Source: an uncultured Candidatus Melainabacteria bacterium
GTDB taxonomy: Bacteria; Cyanobacteriota; Vampirovibrionia; Gastranaerophilales; Gastranaerophilaceae
Reading direction: 5' to 3'
Assembly: GCA_934692295.1 (NCBI GenBank)
Contig: CAKUTL010000003.1
Location: 8,031 to 72,030, forward strand
DNA: 64,000 bases
The stretch's first letter is position 1. Every line of letters starts with the position of its first letter. This document shows, piece after piece, positions 1 to 9,900 of the stretch. The position numbers and the translations under genes were made by a program. The notes beneath the pieces are model-generated. The model was not told where the DNA came from. It saw only the letters and a program-made list of their open reading frames with translations, and made no database searches.

Positions 1-1
1 C

Positions 2-322
2 GATATTTATCACGTCATTGATAACATGAATTATAGAGATTATGCCGAAAAATACCTACTCAGTTCCACGGATAAAAACAGTGATGATTTGAGTTATGAA
101 GTAAGTTTATATTCTATTTCAGATTATTTAGAACACGGGACAAATTATAAAATTTACCATTCTCTAAATGATTATTTAACGAATACAACTCAGCTTAAAA
201 AATTAAAAGAATATACTGGTGCAAATACTGTTTTGATCGACAATGGTTCTCATTTGGGATTTTTATACCGCCAAGAATTTATTAAGAATTTGAAAGACAC
301 AATTTCTTTGAAAAAAGAGTAG
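2..322 (+). CDS. hypothetical protein, C-terminal part only (reading frame open to the left window edge)
   Basis: The frame is open from nt 2 (DIYHVIDNM...) to the stop at 320-322. No diagnostic motif recognised. Confidence 0.35.
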   Translation, partial: DIYHVIDNMNYRDYAEKYLLSSTDKNSDDLSYEVSLYSISDYLEHGTNYKIYHSLNDYLTNTTQLKKLKEYTGANTVLIDNGSHLGFLYRQEFIKNLKDTISLKKE

Positions 323-388
323 GGAAATAAGTATCTTCTCCAAGAAAAATTGTTGAAAAGGTTGACAATTAAACAAAAGAACCGTCAA

Positions 389-1009
389 TCAGATTTTATT
401 TAAAATCAATCTTAAATCTTTTTCATCTATTATAATATTTGCAGCACTTTTGAGAATTGGTTTGGCACAAAACGCAACTCGAGTACCGGCATGTTTAAAC
501 ATACTCAAATCATTTGCACCATCGCCGATTGCAATGGTATTTTCCGGAGTTACGTGCGTTATTTTTTGTAAGTTTTGAAGCATTTCACCCTTACTTGTAT
601 TGAACATCATCTCTCCCCCGACAAGACCTGTTAAAACTCCGTCTTTAGAATGCAAGGTATTTGAGAAATCACCATCTAGTCCTAAGATAGGAGCAAAATA
701 ACTTGTTGCATTTTTAAATCCACCGGAAAAACAAACAACAGTATATCCAAGTTTTTTTAACTCTAAGATTGTTTCTTTTGCTCCGTTCATAATAGGTAAA
801 TTGTGACAAATTTTGTTAACTTTATCGACTTCAAGACCTTTCAGAAGGGAAACTCTTTGGGTTAAGCTTTCAAAAAAGTCTAATTCCCCTCTCATTGCAC
901 TATCTGTTATTTTTTTTATTTTTTCTCGAATTCCTAGTTCCTCTGCGAGAAATTCGATAGTTTCTCCGTCCATCAAAGTTGAATCAAAGTCGAATACTGC
1001 TAATTTCAA
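389..1009 (-). CDS. serB: phosphoserine phosphatase (HAD superfamily)
   Basis: 206 aa. HAD motif I DFDSTL near the N-terminus and motif III GDGANDL. Adjacent to serA. Confidence 0.85.
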   Translation of the reverse strand: MKLAVFDFDSTLMDGETIEFLAEELGIREKIKKITDSAMRGELDFFESLTQRVSLLKGLEVDKVNKICHNLPIMNGAKETILELKKLGYTVVCFSGGFKNATSYFAPILGLDGDFSNTLHSKDGVLTGLVGGEMMFNTSKGEMLQNLQKITHVTPENTIAIGDGANDLSMFKHAGTRVAFCAKPILKSAANIIIDEKDLRLILNKI

Positions 1010-1094
1010 ATTATTTGCTCCTTTTTATTATAATGAGTTCTAAATCAACTCCTCTCGCTTGGAGAGGAATTTTTATAGTTGGTACGTTTGGATA

Positions 1095-1121
1095 GAGATT
1101 CTTCGCTTCGCTCAGAATGAC
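1095..1121. repeat. dispersed repeat family A copy in the serA-serB spacer
   Basis: GAGATTCTTCGCTTCGCTCAGAATGAC is the reverse complement of GTCATTCTGAGCGAAGCGAAGAATCTC. Confidence 0.8.
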
Positions 1122-1178
1122 AATTTTCTATTCCCCACTGAAAGGGAAGGTCGGCGTTTTCACGCCGACACCACTAAA

Positions 1179-2777
1179 TTATTCTTCCGCATTGAGGCTG
1201 ACATATTTTGGATTATGAACACCATCAATTTTTTCAATTTCACAAAGCACATCATTTTGAACTTCTGTTCCTGTATTGATAACCATTATTGATTCTGTTT
1301 CATGTTTATCATTTTTTTGAACAACGTTCATTGAACCAATATTGATATTATTTTCACCAATTACCTGTGCAACTTTTGCAATCATAGACGGTTTATTTAC
1401 GTGAGGAACAATCAGCATATGTCTTTGCGGACGGATACTTGTTTCATAATCATTGATTTTAACAATTCTTGGAATGTCTTTTGCCACTAATGCTCCAGAA
1501 ACCGTTGTTGTTTCTTTATTTGTAACAAGTTTGATTGTGATAAGTCCTGCAAAATTACACTTTACATTAGACCTTGTTGAAATAATGTCAATTCCTCTTT
1601 TCTTTGCTAAAATAGGAGCGTTTACATAATTCACGCCTACAAGGATTGATGATAAAGCCCCTTTCAATACTGCAACTTCAAGAGGTTGAATATCGAGATT
1701 TGCTAAATCTCCTTGTGCTGTAATTTCAATTGATTTTATTGTACCTTCAGTAATTTGCATTGCAAGTTGTCCAGAATTTTCTGCAATTTGCATATAATCT
1801 TTTACTGGTTCAAGTTTGTCTGGACGTAAAGATGGAATGTTTACGGCTGAAGAAGCTGAACCTCCAGATAGAACTTGTTTAATTTGTTCTGCAACATCAA
1901 TCGCTACACTCATTTGGGCTTCTTTTGTACTTGCTCCAAGGTGAGGAGTTAGTACGATGTTTCCCTTGCAATGAATAAGTGGGCATTCTGTAATATTTGG
2001 TTCTTTTTCATAAACGTCAATTGCTGCGGATGCAACTTGTCCATTTTCTATTGCATCTTTCAAATCCGCTTCGTTAATAATTCCACCTCTTGCACAGTTA
2101 ACAAGTCTAACTCCTTGTTTCATTTTTGCAATAGTGTCTTTATTTATAAGATTTACGGTTTCTTTAGTTTTTGGAACGTGAACGGTAATATAATCACATT
2201 TTCCCCAGAAATCATCTAAATTTTCAATATATTCTCCGCCCATTTTTTCGACAACTTCTTTTGATGTGTATGGGTCAAAAACTACAATTTTCATCCCAAA
2301 TGCAAGTGCAACTTCTGCAACGTGAGAACCAATTTTTCCTAGACCAATAATACCAAGAGTTTTTTTGTATAATTCGCAACCTGTGAATTTACTTCTATCC
2401 CATTTGCCTTCTTTTGTTGAAGTTGCCGCAGGAACGATATTTCTAGACATCGCAAGCATCAAAGCTACAGTGTGTTCAGCAGCAGCCATTGTGTTTCCAT
2501 CTGGAGAGTTAACTACGATGATACCTTTTTGAGTTGCTGCTTCAACATCAATGTTGTCAACTCCAACTCCTGCTCTGCCGATTATTTTTAAATTTGTTCC
2601 TGCTTCAATAATTTTTGCTGTAACTTTGGTTTGGCTTCTTACCATCATTGCATCGTATTGAGAAATAATTTTTACAAGTTCTTCCTCAGTCATTGTCGGT
2701 AAAAAATCTACTTGTGCGGTTTGTTCAATAATTCTGCCCGCGGTTTCGTTTATTTTATCTGTTACTAAAACTTTCAT
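1179..2777 (-). CDS. serA: D-3-phosphoglycerate dehydrogenase with C-terminal regulatory (ACT-like) domain
   Basis: 532 aa. Rossmann motif [13 protein letters not shown], a 2-hydroxyacid dehydrogenase core and a long C-terminal extension typical of long-form SerA. Confidence 0.9.
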   Translation of the reverse strand: MKVLVTDKINETAGRIIEQTAQVDFLPTMTEEELVKIISQYDAMMVRSQTKVTAKIIEAGTNLKIIGRAGVGVDNIDVEAATQKGIIVVNSPDGNTMAAAEHTVALMLAMSRNIVPAATSTKEGKWDRSKFTGCELYKKTLGIIGLGKIGSHVAEVALAFGMKIVVFDPYTSKEVVEKMGGEYIENLDDFWGKCDYITVHVPKTKETVNLINKDTIAKMKQGVRLVNCARGGIINEADLKDAIENGQVASAAIDVYEKEPNITECPLIHCKGNIVLTPHLGASTKEAQMSVAIDVAEQIKQVLSGGSASSAVNIPSLRPDKLEPVKDYMQIAENSGQLAMQITEGTIKSIEITAQGDLANLDIQPLEVAVLKGALSSILVGVNYVNAPILAKKRGIDIISTRSNVKCNFAGLITIKLVTNKETTTVSGALVAKDIPRIVKINDYETSIRPQRHMLIVPHVNKPSMIAKVAQVIGENNINIGSMNVVQKNDKHETESIMVINTGTEVQNDVLCEIEKIDGVHNPKYVSLNAEE

Positions 2778-2792
2778 TTATTCAATCTTCCT

Positions 2793-3944
2793 TTATTTCC
2801 CTAGTTCTTCAATAAGTGTTTGAACCCCTTTGCCAAGTTCAAATTTGTGTCCCAATTTTTTCAAAACGGCTTCCAAAGCTCCTACGGATGCGATTAAATC
2901 TCTTTCGCATACAAAGCCAAGAGTTCCCATTCTGAAAATCTTATCTTTTAGTTGATTTTGACCGTTTGCAACAACAATATCAAAATCTTCCTTAAGATAT
3001 TTTCTAATATCAGGTACGGAAATTCCTTCTGGCGGAAGAATAGAAGTTATTGAATAACTTGCGTTTTCGTCATTTTTAACCAATAAATCTAAGTTTATTG
3101 CTCTTAAGGCTTTTCTTAAAGCAAGTGCGTATTTTTTGTGACGAGCATTTACGTTTTCAATTCCTTCATCTTTAATCATCCTCAATGCAGTGTTTAATCC
3201 TGTAATTAGGTTTACTGCAGGAGTGAATGGAGTAGAATTTGCACGGGTCGATTTTCTATAAGCACCCCAATCAAAGTAAAAACTTGGGTATTTGCATTCT
3301 TCGTAAACTTTCCATGCTCTTTCGTTTGCCGTAAGAAAAGCTAATCCTGGGGGAACCATAAATCCTTTTTGAGAACCAGAAACGAGAACATCTATTCCCC
3401 ATTCATCTGGTTTGCAAGGCATAGCACATACACTCGTAACTCCATCAACAACAGATAATGCTCCGTGTTCTCTAATGATTGAGCAAAGTGTTTTTACATC
3501 ATTTGCTGCACCAGTTGAAGTTTCGCTGTGTGTAAGAGTAACAAGTTTAATTTCCTTATTAACATCTTCTGCTAATTTTGCCTTCAACACTTCAGGGGCA
3601 ATAACTTGTCCGGCTTCAACCTCGATTTTCTCGACAATTGCACCACGAGATTGTGCAATTTTTGCCCAGCGATTTCCAAAGTTTCCAATAACTAAGCATA
3701 AAACTTTGTCACCTTGGTTTATTAGATTTTCTAGTGCTGCACACATTGCACCAGTTCCGCTTGCAGTATAAATAAATACGTCATTTTGTGTTTGAAATAC
3801 GTATTTTAAATTTGCATATACTTCTTCTAAGATGGAGGAGAATTCGGAGCTCCTATGACCTATTGGATGTCTTGCAATGTCTAGCATTACAGACTCTGGT
3901 ACAGGTGTAGGACCTGGAATCATTAAAAAAGTTTTGTCTTTCAT
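2793..3944 (-). CDS. class-V aminotransferase (AGXT/serine-pyruvate type), probably the phosphoserine aminotransferase of this operon
   Basis: 383 aa. PLP-lysine motif SGSQKGFMVPPG. Lies 15 nt upstream of serA on the same strand. AGGAGG SD before the ATG. Confidence 0.75.
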   Translation of the reverse strand: MKDKTFLMIPGPTPVPESVMLDIARHPIGHRSSEFSSILEEVYANLKYVFQTQNDVFIYTASGTGAMCAALENLINQGDKVLCLVIGNFGNRWAKIAQSRGAIVEKIEVEAGQVIAPEVLKAKLAEDVNKEIKLVTLTHSETSTGAANDVKTLCSIIREHGALSVVDGVTSVCAMPCKPDEWGIDVLVSGSQKGFMVPPGLAFLTANERAWKVYEECKYPSFYFDWGAYRKSTRANSTPFTPAVNLITGLNTALRMIKDEGIENVNARHKKYALALRKALRAINLDLLVKNDENASYSITSILPPEGISVPDIRKYLKEDFDIVVANGQNQLKDKIFRMGTLGFVCERDLIASVGALEAVLKKLGHKFELGKGVQTLIEELGK

Positions 3945-4056
3945 TCATTTCCTCCTTTTTATTTTCTAATATATTTTCATGCTCTCCTCCGGCATGAAAA
4001 GTTTTTCACAAAAGTATATGTATTTTCTGTAATAAATTAAAATTAAGCCTTTTACT

Positions 4057-4092
4057 AAAAAAGACCCCCAGCCATTCTGGGAGTCTTTTTTA
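4057..4092. terminator. bidirectional rho-independent terminator downstream of rpmE
   Basis: Hairpin GACCCCCAG-loop-CTGGGAGTC (4063-4085) with T/A runs on both sides. Confidence 0.6.
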
Positions 4093-4116
4093 ATCTCTTT
4101 TACATTGCGACAACGA

Positions 4117-4320
4117 TTAGTTTTTCTTTCCGTATCTTTTGTTGAATCTTTCAACTCTACCTTCTGAGTCAAGAATTTTCTGTTGTCCAGTGTAGAATGG
4201 GTGGCAATTGTTACAAATTTCAACTGTTAAACCTTCTACTACCGAGCCGGTTTCGATTTCGTTACCGCAAACACATTTGATTGTTGTTTTCTTATAATCT
4301 GGATGGATTCCGTTTTTCAT
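4117..4320 (-). CDS. rpmE: 50S ribosomal protein L31
   Basis: 67 aa. MKNGIHPDY start and the CxC...CxxCHPFYTG zinc motif. Confidence 0.95.
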   Translation of the reverse strand: MKNGIHPDYKKTTIKCVCGNEIETGSVVEGLTVEICNNCHPFYTGQQKILDSEGRVERFNKRYGKKN

Positions 4321-4432
4321 TGTTACCTCTTTCCTTCAAGATTCCAAACTTGAATATTTATTTACATATCGACTATTGAAATTCTATAACACTAAATATC
4401 TAAAATCAAGTTATTTTTACAAATGTTTACCC

Positions 4433-4774
4433 CTACCATTTTTTGAAGATGAAAAACACAGCTAAAATAATGAAACAAAACCCAACCAAGTAATTCCATT
4501 TAAACTGTTCTTTCAAATAAAATACCGAAAAGAAACTAAAAACGATTAAAGTAATAACTTCTTGAATGGTTTTTAATTGAGCGGCATTATAAACACCGTA
4601 ACCAATTCTATTGGCGGGAACTTGGAAACAATATTCAAATAATGCGATACCCCAGCTTGCTAAAATTACTATCCAGAGAGCTGATGAACGAAATTTTAAA
4701 TGTCCATACCATGCGAAAGTCATAAAAATATTAGAAATAAGTAATAAAATTATAGGTGAAATTGCTCTAATCAT
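4433..4774 (-). CDS. DMT-superfamily small membrane protein (DUF486 family)
   Basis: 113 aa, four hydrophobic segments. The FMTFAWYGHLKF and QVPANRIGY...AQLKTIQEVITL motifs match my memory of DUF486. Confidence 0.7.
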   Translation of the reverse strand: MIRAISPIILLLISNIFMTFAWYGHLKFRSSALWIVILASWGIALFEYCFQVPANRIGYGVYNAAQLKTIQEVITLIVFSFFSVFYLKEQFKWNYLVGFCFIILAVFFIFKKW

Positions 4775-4837
4775 TAGTCTAAAATCCTTTTGTTATCTAT
4801 TTTCTGTCGATTTTTATTATAACTCAAAATAAACTGC

Positions 4838-4866
4838 TTGACAGTAAAATTTTTTTTGCATATAAT
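4838..4866 (+). promoter_or_regulatory. sigma-70 promoter of the tRNA operon
   Basis: Perfect TTGACA (4838-4843), 17-nt spacer, TATAAT (4861-4866), 17 nt before tRNA-Thr. Confidence 0.75.
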
Positions 4867-4883
4867 AGTTCACATAAGCACTT

Positions 4884-4956
4884 GCCGGTATAGCTCAATT
4901 GGCAGAGCAACGGTTTTGTAAACCGTAGGTTGTAGGTTCGAGTCCCATTACCGGCT
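4884..4956 (+). tRNA. tRNA-Thr (anticodon UGU)
   Basis: Hand-folded cloverleaf: acceptor GCCGGTA/TACCGGC, anticodon loop TTTGTAA, T-loop TTCGAGT. One A-C mismatch in the T stem. Confidence 0.85.
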
Positions 4957-5067
4957 TTTTTACTGAAAAAAGAGCGTATGCAAGTCTTGAAAAAGTAAAA
5001 CGGACTTTGTAAAAAGAAAGTTGAAAACCGAAAGGTACTTGCCAATGACTCTCAGTAAAAAACTCAA

Positions 5068-5139
<72 letters not shown>

Positions 5140-5177
5140 ATTTTAATGCCCAAGACAAGCAAAATAAAATTTAATAT

Positions 5178-5260
<83 letters not shown>

Positions 5261-5266
5261 AACTTT

Positions 5267-5294
5267 AATCCCTCTTTAGCCAGAGGGATTTTTA
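5267..5294 (+). terminator. rho-independent terminator of the tRNA operon
   Basis: AATCCCTCT-loop-AGAGGGATT followed by TTTT. Confidence 0.75.
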
Positions 5295-5475
5295 ATATGT
5301 TTTCTATTTTATACATGTACAATTATCACTAGCATTTATATTCTGTCTATGTCTTGATATATTATAAATCCAAATTTTTATAGGCATATACTCCGACAAA
5401 TCCCCATGTTGAAAATGAAATACATTTTTGGTATCATCAAGGCAGAAGAAAACAGATAAATTAAGAGGAATAAAT

Positions 5476-6225
5476 ATGTCAGGACACTCAAAATGGGCAA
5501 ATATTAAAAACAAAAAAGCCAAAACAGATTCACAAAAAGCCGTAGTATTTCAAAAATACTCAAGAGAACTTATCGTAGCAGCAAGACTTGGAGGTGCTGA
5601 TCCTGCTGGTAATTTCCGTCTAAGAACAGCCATTGAAAAAGCAAAAGCTGCTGGACTTCCAAACGATAATATCAAAAGAGCTATTGATAAAGGAGCTGGA
5701 GCTGGTGCTGCTGACAACTACGAAGAATTAACTTATGAAGGATACGCAGCTGGTGGAGTTGCAGTTGTTTTAGAAGCAATGACAGATAACAGAAACAGAA
5801 CAGCTGGAGATGTTAGAAGTATCTTTACAAAATTCAACGGAAACCTTGGTGAAACAAACTGCGTAAGCTGGATGTTTGATAGAAAAGGCAGCATTGAATT
5901 TGAAAATACTGTTGATTTTGACAAACTTTTTGAAGCTGCAATCAATCTTGATGCAGATGATGTTACCGAAGAAGAAGATTGTTACAAAGTTTTGACTTCT
6001 GTGGAAAATTTCCAAGCAGTAGTTGAAGGTCTTGAAGCTGAAGGATTTAAAAGCACAACCGCAGAATTGACTAGAATTCCGCAAAACACAATCGAAATTA
6101 CAGATGTTAAAACTGCAACTTCTGTAATGAGATTAATCGAAAGACTTGAAGAGTTGGACGATGTTCAAAATGTGTACGCAAATTGCGACATTCCGGATGA
6201 AATTGCTGATCAAGTTGAGGTTTAA
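5476..6225 (+). CDS. yebC: YebC/PmpR-family transcriptional regulator
   Basis: N-terminus MSGHSKWANIKNKK is diagnostic. Start moved from 5428 to ATG 5476, which follows an AAGAGGA SD. Confidence 0.9.
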   Translation: MSGHSKWANIKNKKAKTDSQKAVVFQKYSRELIVAARLGGADPAGNFRLRTAIEKAKAAGLPNDNIKRAIDKGAGAGAADNYEELTYEGYAAGGVAVVLEAMTDNRNRTAGDVRSIFTKFNGNLGETNCVSWMFDRKGSIEFENTVDFDKLFEAAINLDADDVTEEEDCYKVLTSVENFQAVVEGLEAEGFKSTTAELTRIPQNTIEITDVKTATSVMRLIERLEELDDVQNVYANCDIPDEIADQVEV

Positions 6226-6230
6226 TAAGT

Positions 6231-7460
6231 TTGCTAAGTAATATAGAAAAACTTTCAAAAGTTCTTAATGAAAGCTACAGCGAAAAAACGCTGAATGCAT
6301 CATTGGGAACTTTTTTTGCTCAAAACTTCGGGGTTAAAGGTTTTTCTATAAATACCGATAAAAATCCAACTGAATGCGAATTTGAATATCCTGTATTCAA
6401 GCATAAAAAATGTATCGGATATTTAGAATTTTCAAAAAAAACAGTTGAACTGGAAAAATTTCTTGATATTACTGCACCATTCATATCGCTGAAAATCCAA
6501 AACATTTTGCTTTCTGAAAAAATGCAAAAAGATATTGATTTTCACGACACAATGAAAAACATTGCGAAAATCATAGAAACTCAGTATGAATTGAACTATG
6601 TTATTCCAATTGTGGGAGAAATGTTAGACAAGTTCTTCACTGATTATCTGATTTACATTTTTATCAGAGATGAAAATGTTGGAGTAAACGCACTGGCTTG
6701 GCCTACCGCTTGCCACGATAGAAAAATTCTAGAAACTGTATCAAAAAACCATTCCAAAGAATTATCTGAAGACAAAAAGACATATTTAATTCCGCTAATG
6801 AGTGAATCAAAAAACGTAGGAACACTAGTTGCAAAAAGTACAAATGAAGAAATTACGCCAAAAGATAGAGAATATCTTCAACAACTTTCAAAACAAATCG
6901 CAACAACAATAAATAGAGCAAATGTTTATGCAGAAATATTAAAACACGCAACACTTGATGCTTTAACTGGTTTTTACAACCGCAGACAATTAGAAGAACG
7001 TTTGAAGCAAGAAGTATCAAATGCGAAACGTCAAAAAGCTCCTCTTTGCGGAATTATGACAGACATCGACTTTTTCAAAAAAGTTAACGACACATACGGA
7101 CACGCAGTCGGAGATTTAGTATTAAAGTCAATTGCAAAAATTATTAGAGGACAGTTAAGAGAATACGATATTGCGGGAAGATATGGTGGAGAAGAATTTT
7201 CAATCCTCCTCCCATTCACCAAAATTAATGAAGCTCAAATGGTTGCTGAACGTTTGAGAAAAACAATTGAAAACAAAGTTATTGATATTTCAAAAGTAAA
7301 TCCAGATAGCGAAACTAAAGAAATACAAGTTACATTAAGTCTTGGCATATACGAAATGCAAACTGGAGATAATGACGAAGATTTATTGAAAAAAGCGGAT
7401 AAAGCACTTTATCAGGCTAAAAATACCGGAAGGAATAAGGTTGTAGTAAACAATGACTAA
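6231..7460 (+). CDS. diguanylate cyclase (GGDEF domain with N-terminal sensory, GAF-like region)
   Basis: C-terminal GGDEF domain with intact RYGGEEF and an RxxD I-site (REYD) five residues upstream. TTG start. Confidence 0.85.
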   Translation: MLSNIEKLSKVLNESYSEKTLNASLGTFFAQNFGVKGFSINTDKNPTECEFEYPVFKHKKCIGYLEFSKKTVELEKFLDITAPFISLKIQNILLSEKMQKDIDFHDTMKNIAKIIETQYELNYVIPIVGEMLDKFFTDYLIYIFIRDENVGVNALAWPTACHDRKILETVSKNHSKELSEDKKTYLIPLMSESKNVGTLVAKSTNEEITPKDREYLQQLSKQIATTINRANVYAEILKHATLDALTGFYNRRQLEERLKQEVSNAKRQKAPLCGIMTDIDFFKKVNDTYGHAVGDLVLKSIAKIIRGQLREYDIAGRYGGEEFSILLPFTKINEAQMVAERLRKTIENKVIDISKVNPDSETKEIQVTLSLGIYEMQTGDNDEDLLKKADKALYQAKNTGRNKVVVNND

Positions 7461-7926
7461 AACATACGAAAAAATATGTAAAAATTTAGAAGATACAAAA
7501 GAATTAGCAAAAAAATTCGCAAAACTTGTCGAAGATAAAGGATGTTTTGTTAATTTATACGGAGAAATCGGAGCAGGCAAAACCGCATTCGTAAAAGAAG
7601 TTGCTAAAGAAATCGGAATAGAAGAAAAGGTAACAAGCCCTACATTCGTAATTCTAAACGAATACCACGGCGGAAAACTGCCAATGTATCATTTTGATTT
7701 GTACAGACTAGAAAACGAAGGCGTCAAAACAATCATGGATGAACTTCGAGAATACTCAGAAGGAAAGCAACTCACCTTTGTAGAATGGGCAGAATTCTCT
7801 CAAAATGAATTTCCATTCAACCACGTAAAAATAAATGTAACCTACGAAGATAATGATGATAGAAAATATACCTTTACAGGTTATGGAAAAGATTGTATTG
7901 AAATTATTAAAGGATTAGAAAAGTGA
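7453..7926 (+). CDS. tsaE: tRNA t6A37 biosynthesis ATPase TsaE
   Basis: 157 aa. P-loop GEIGAGKT. Overlaps neighbouring genes by 8 and 4 nt, and tsaB is immediately downstream. Confidence 0.85.
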   Translation: MTKTYEKICKNLEDTKELAKKFAKLVEDKGCFVNLYGEIGAGKTAFVKEVAKEIGIEEKVTSPTFVILNEYHGGKLPMYHFDLYRLENEGVKTIMDELREYSEGKQLTFVEWAEFSQNEFPFNHVKINVTYEDNDDRKYTFTGYGKDCIEIIKGLEK

Positions 7927-8540
7927 AGATTTTAGTTTTTGATACCTGCTTAGACAAAATGTACGTTACACTATCAGAAGATGACAAAATTTTATCATCT
8001 GAAATTGTGACAAATAAAGATAATAAATACCATTCAGCATTCTTAATTTCAACAATCAAGGATGTATTAAAAAAGAACAACTTATCACCTAAAGACATTG
8101 ATGCCATAGGTACAAATATCGGACCTGGAAGTTTTACAGGGATAAGAGCTTGTACAACTGTTGCAAGAATGATAGCACAACAATTGAACTTGCCAGCTGT
8201 CGGAGTTTCATCACTTGAAATCTTGTCAAAAATAAACCCAACTGACAAACCAACAATGGTTGCTCTTGATGCAAGAAAAAATAGTGCATATCTTTATTGT
8301 GATGAAGAAGTTAAAGGTGCAATCCAATTAGACGAGATTAAAAAGCAATTAGAAAAAGCTGATTATTATTTAATTACAGATGATAAAATGCAAAAAGAAC
8401 TTGGCGGAACATCTTACCAACAAGGAGAATATCCGCTTGGTGATATTTTGGCAAAACTTGCATATGAAAAGCTAAAAAGTTCATCTGCAAAATGGCAAGA
8501 ACTTAAACCTTTATACATTCAACCTCCACCAATGGGCTAA
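7923..8540 (+). CDS. tsaB: tRNA t6A37 biosynthesis protein TsaB (inactive M22 peptidase homologue)
   Basis: 205 aa. GPGSFTGIR motif. GTG start overlapping the tsaE stop. Confidence 0.85.
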   Translation: MKILVFDTCLDKMYVTLSEDDKILSSEIVTNKDNKYHSAFLISTIKDVLKKNNLSPKDIDAIGTNIGPGSFTGIRACTTVARMIAQQLNLPAVGVSSLEILSKINPTDKPTMVALDARKNSAYLYCDEEVKGAIQLDEIKKQLEKADYYLITDDKMQKELGGTSYQQGEYPLGDILAKLAYEKLKSSSAKWQELKPLYIQPPPMG

Positions 8541-8639
8541 AAAATAGCATAGGCACTTGCAAAAATCTGAAAATAGTGTACAATAAAGGGATGGTTGTAA
8601 ATAAAATATAGCCAGAAGTACACAATCAGGAGAAAAACA

Positions 8640-8927
8640 ATGTACGAAGATGAAAAATTAGTATGTGAAGACTGCGGAAAAGAATTTGTCTTTACAGCCG
8701 GCGAACAAGAATTTTATGCAGAAAAAGGTCTCGTTAACAAACCAAAAAGATGTCCGGAATGCAGATCAGCTCGCAGAAAAAACAACAGAAAAAACAGAAG
8801 AATGTATGATGCTGTTTGTTCAAAATGTGGAGCTCAAACTCAAGTTCCTTTCAAACCGGTTCCGGGAAGAGAAGTATTTTGTAAAGAATGTTTTCAAAAA
8901 CTTTCCTCTGAAAATCAGGAAGGTTAA
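8640..8927 (+). CDS. zinc-ribbon protein (two CxxC...CxxC units)
   Basis: 95 aa. CEDCGKEF...CPECR and CSKCG...CKEC units with a basic linker. Confidence 0.7.
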   Translation: MYEDEKLVCEDCGKEFVFTAGEQEFYAEKGLVNKPKRCPECRSARRKNNRKNRRMYDAVCSKCGAQTQVPFKPVPGREVFCKECFQKLSSENQEG

Positions 8928-8952
8928 TATATAAAAAGATTTTAACCACATC

Positions 8953-8983
8953 AACGGAAGAGCCAAACGCTCTTCCGTTTTTG
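8953..8983. terminator. rho-independent terminator between convergent genes
   Basis: AACGGAAGAGC-CAAAC-GCTCTTCCGTT followed by TTT. Confidence 0.75.
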
Positions 8984-8986
8984 CTA

Positions 8987-9295
8987 TCATATCATTATAC
9001 AATTATTCAAATATTCAATCGTACTGATTTTTTCATCATACAAATATTTAATGAAATTCAAATACGAACTATCACGAGAAGAAATAACCAGATTTATTTC
9101 AAACCCCTCGGTGCAAAACGGTTCGTAATCATAAACAACATAACTGTTATACTTACTTTTCCATTCCTTGCGTTCAATACGGCTGTTATTTTCTTCGATA
9201 ACATCTTCTAGCCACGCAAGTATATTCTGGTCAACATTTTTCATTTCCAAACGATTGTACCTACCGCAATCATTACAACTATTACCAATAAACAT
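8987..9295 (-). CDS. hypothetical protein
   Basis: 102-aa ORF with no recognised motif. Confidence 0.45.
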   Translation of the reverse strand: MFIGNSCNDCGRYNRLEMKNVDQNILAWLEDVIEENNSRIERKEWKSKYNSYVVYDYEPFCTEGFEINLVISSRDSSYLNFIKYLYDEKISTIEYLNNCIMI

Positions 9296-9441
9296 ACTAT
9301 TTTACTCCCTACAAATCTGTATATAGAAATTTTACTAACATTATCAAAAAATATAATCGCCAAAATGTATAAAAAATAATTAAACTAATTGCTTATTTAA
9401 AAAGTATATACTTAATATATCGTTACAATGAAAGAATTTTT

Positions 9442-9473
9442 GTCAATTTATGTTATAAAAAAAACTTTATATA
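9442..9473 (+). promoter_or_regulatory. copy 1 of upstream motif GTCAATT-N17-TTTATATA
   Basis: GTCAATT 9442-9448 and TTTATATA 9466-9473. Ends 28 nt before ATG 9502. Confidence 0.6.
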
Positions 9474-9501
9474 AATAAGAGTACTAACCTGAGAGGATTT
9501 T

Positions 9502-9900
9502 ATGAGCTTTGCAAGCACAATGAACATATTGAGCAACATCAATTGTTTCTTGAGTTCGGGAGTAACATACTTAGAACAACGGAGACATGGGGTCGATGCC
9601 GGAACAGCAACATTCGGGTTGTTTAACAATATTGGAAATGGAATGGCTAGAAATGCGATTGCTTATGATATGGCTAAATGCGGTAATCCTATTGGATATG
9701 ATATAAATTTAGCATACGGGTACGGAAACCCTGTCGCAAATACTTGTGCGACAATGGGTTTAATGACGGCTTGCTCACCTTGGATGTTCTTCAATTCTCC
9801 ATTTTGCGGAATAACTCCTTGTTATGGTATGGGAATGCCTTATGCAGGAGGGTTTAACATGGGATTTGGATACGGATACAACCCTGGATTTTTCTGTTAA
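9502..9900 (+). CDS. Gly/Cys/Met/aromatic-rich hypothetical protein
   Basis: 132 aa, 7 Cys, C-terminal GFNMGFGYGYNPGFFC low-complexity tail, no Sec signal. GAGAGGA SD before the ATG. Confidence 0.6.
   Translation: MSFASTMNILSNINCFLSSGVTYLEQRRHGVDAGTATFGLFNNIGNGMARNAIAYDMAKCGNPIGYDINLAYGYGNPVANTCATMGLMTACSPWMFFNSPFCGITPCYGMGMPYAGGFNMGFGYGYNPGFFC

Noticed and set aside
1040-1172. Hairpins in the serA-serB spacer as terminators splitting the operon
   Set aside because: CTCCTCTC...GAGAGGA has its T-run on the plus strand only, where no gene ends. GTCGGCG-TTTTCA-CGCCGAC lacks a clean U-run on the minus strand. They are more likely part of the repeat mosaic, and their effect on transcription is undetermined.
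1059-1292. Track ORF 1059-1292(+) with the LRFAQNDN peptide
   Set aside because: It is a translation of a family A repeat plus the antisense 3' end of serA. It has no SD and overlaps a well-supported gene.
8665-8934. Alternative-frame ORF overlapping the zinc-ribbon gene
   Set aside because: The frame starting at 8640 gives paired CxxC motifs and a sensible start. The +1 frame product has no features.
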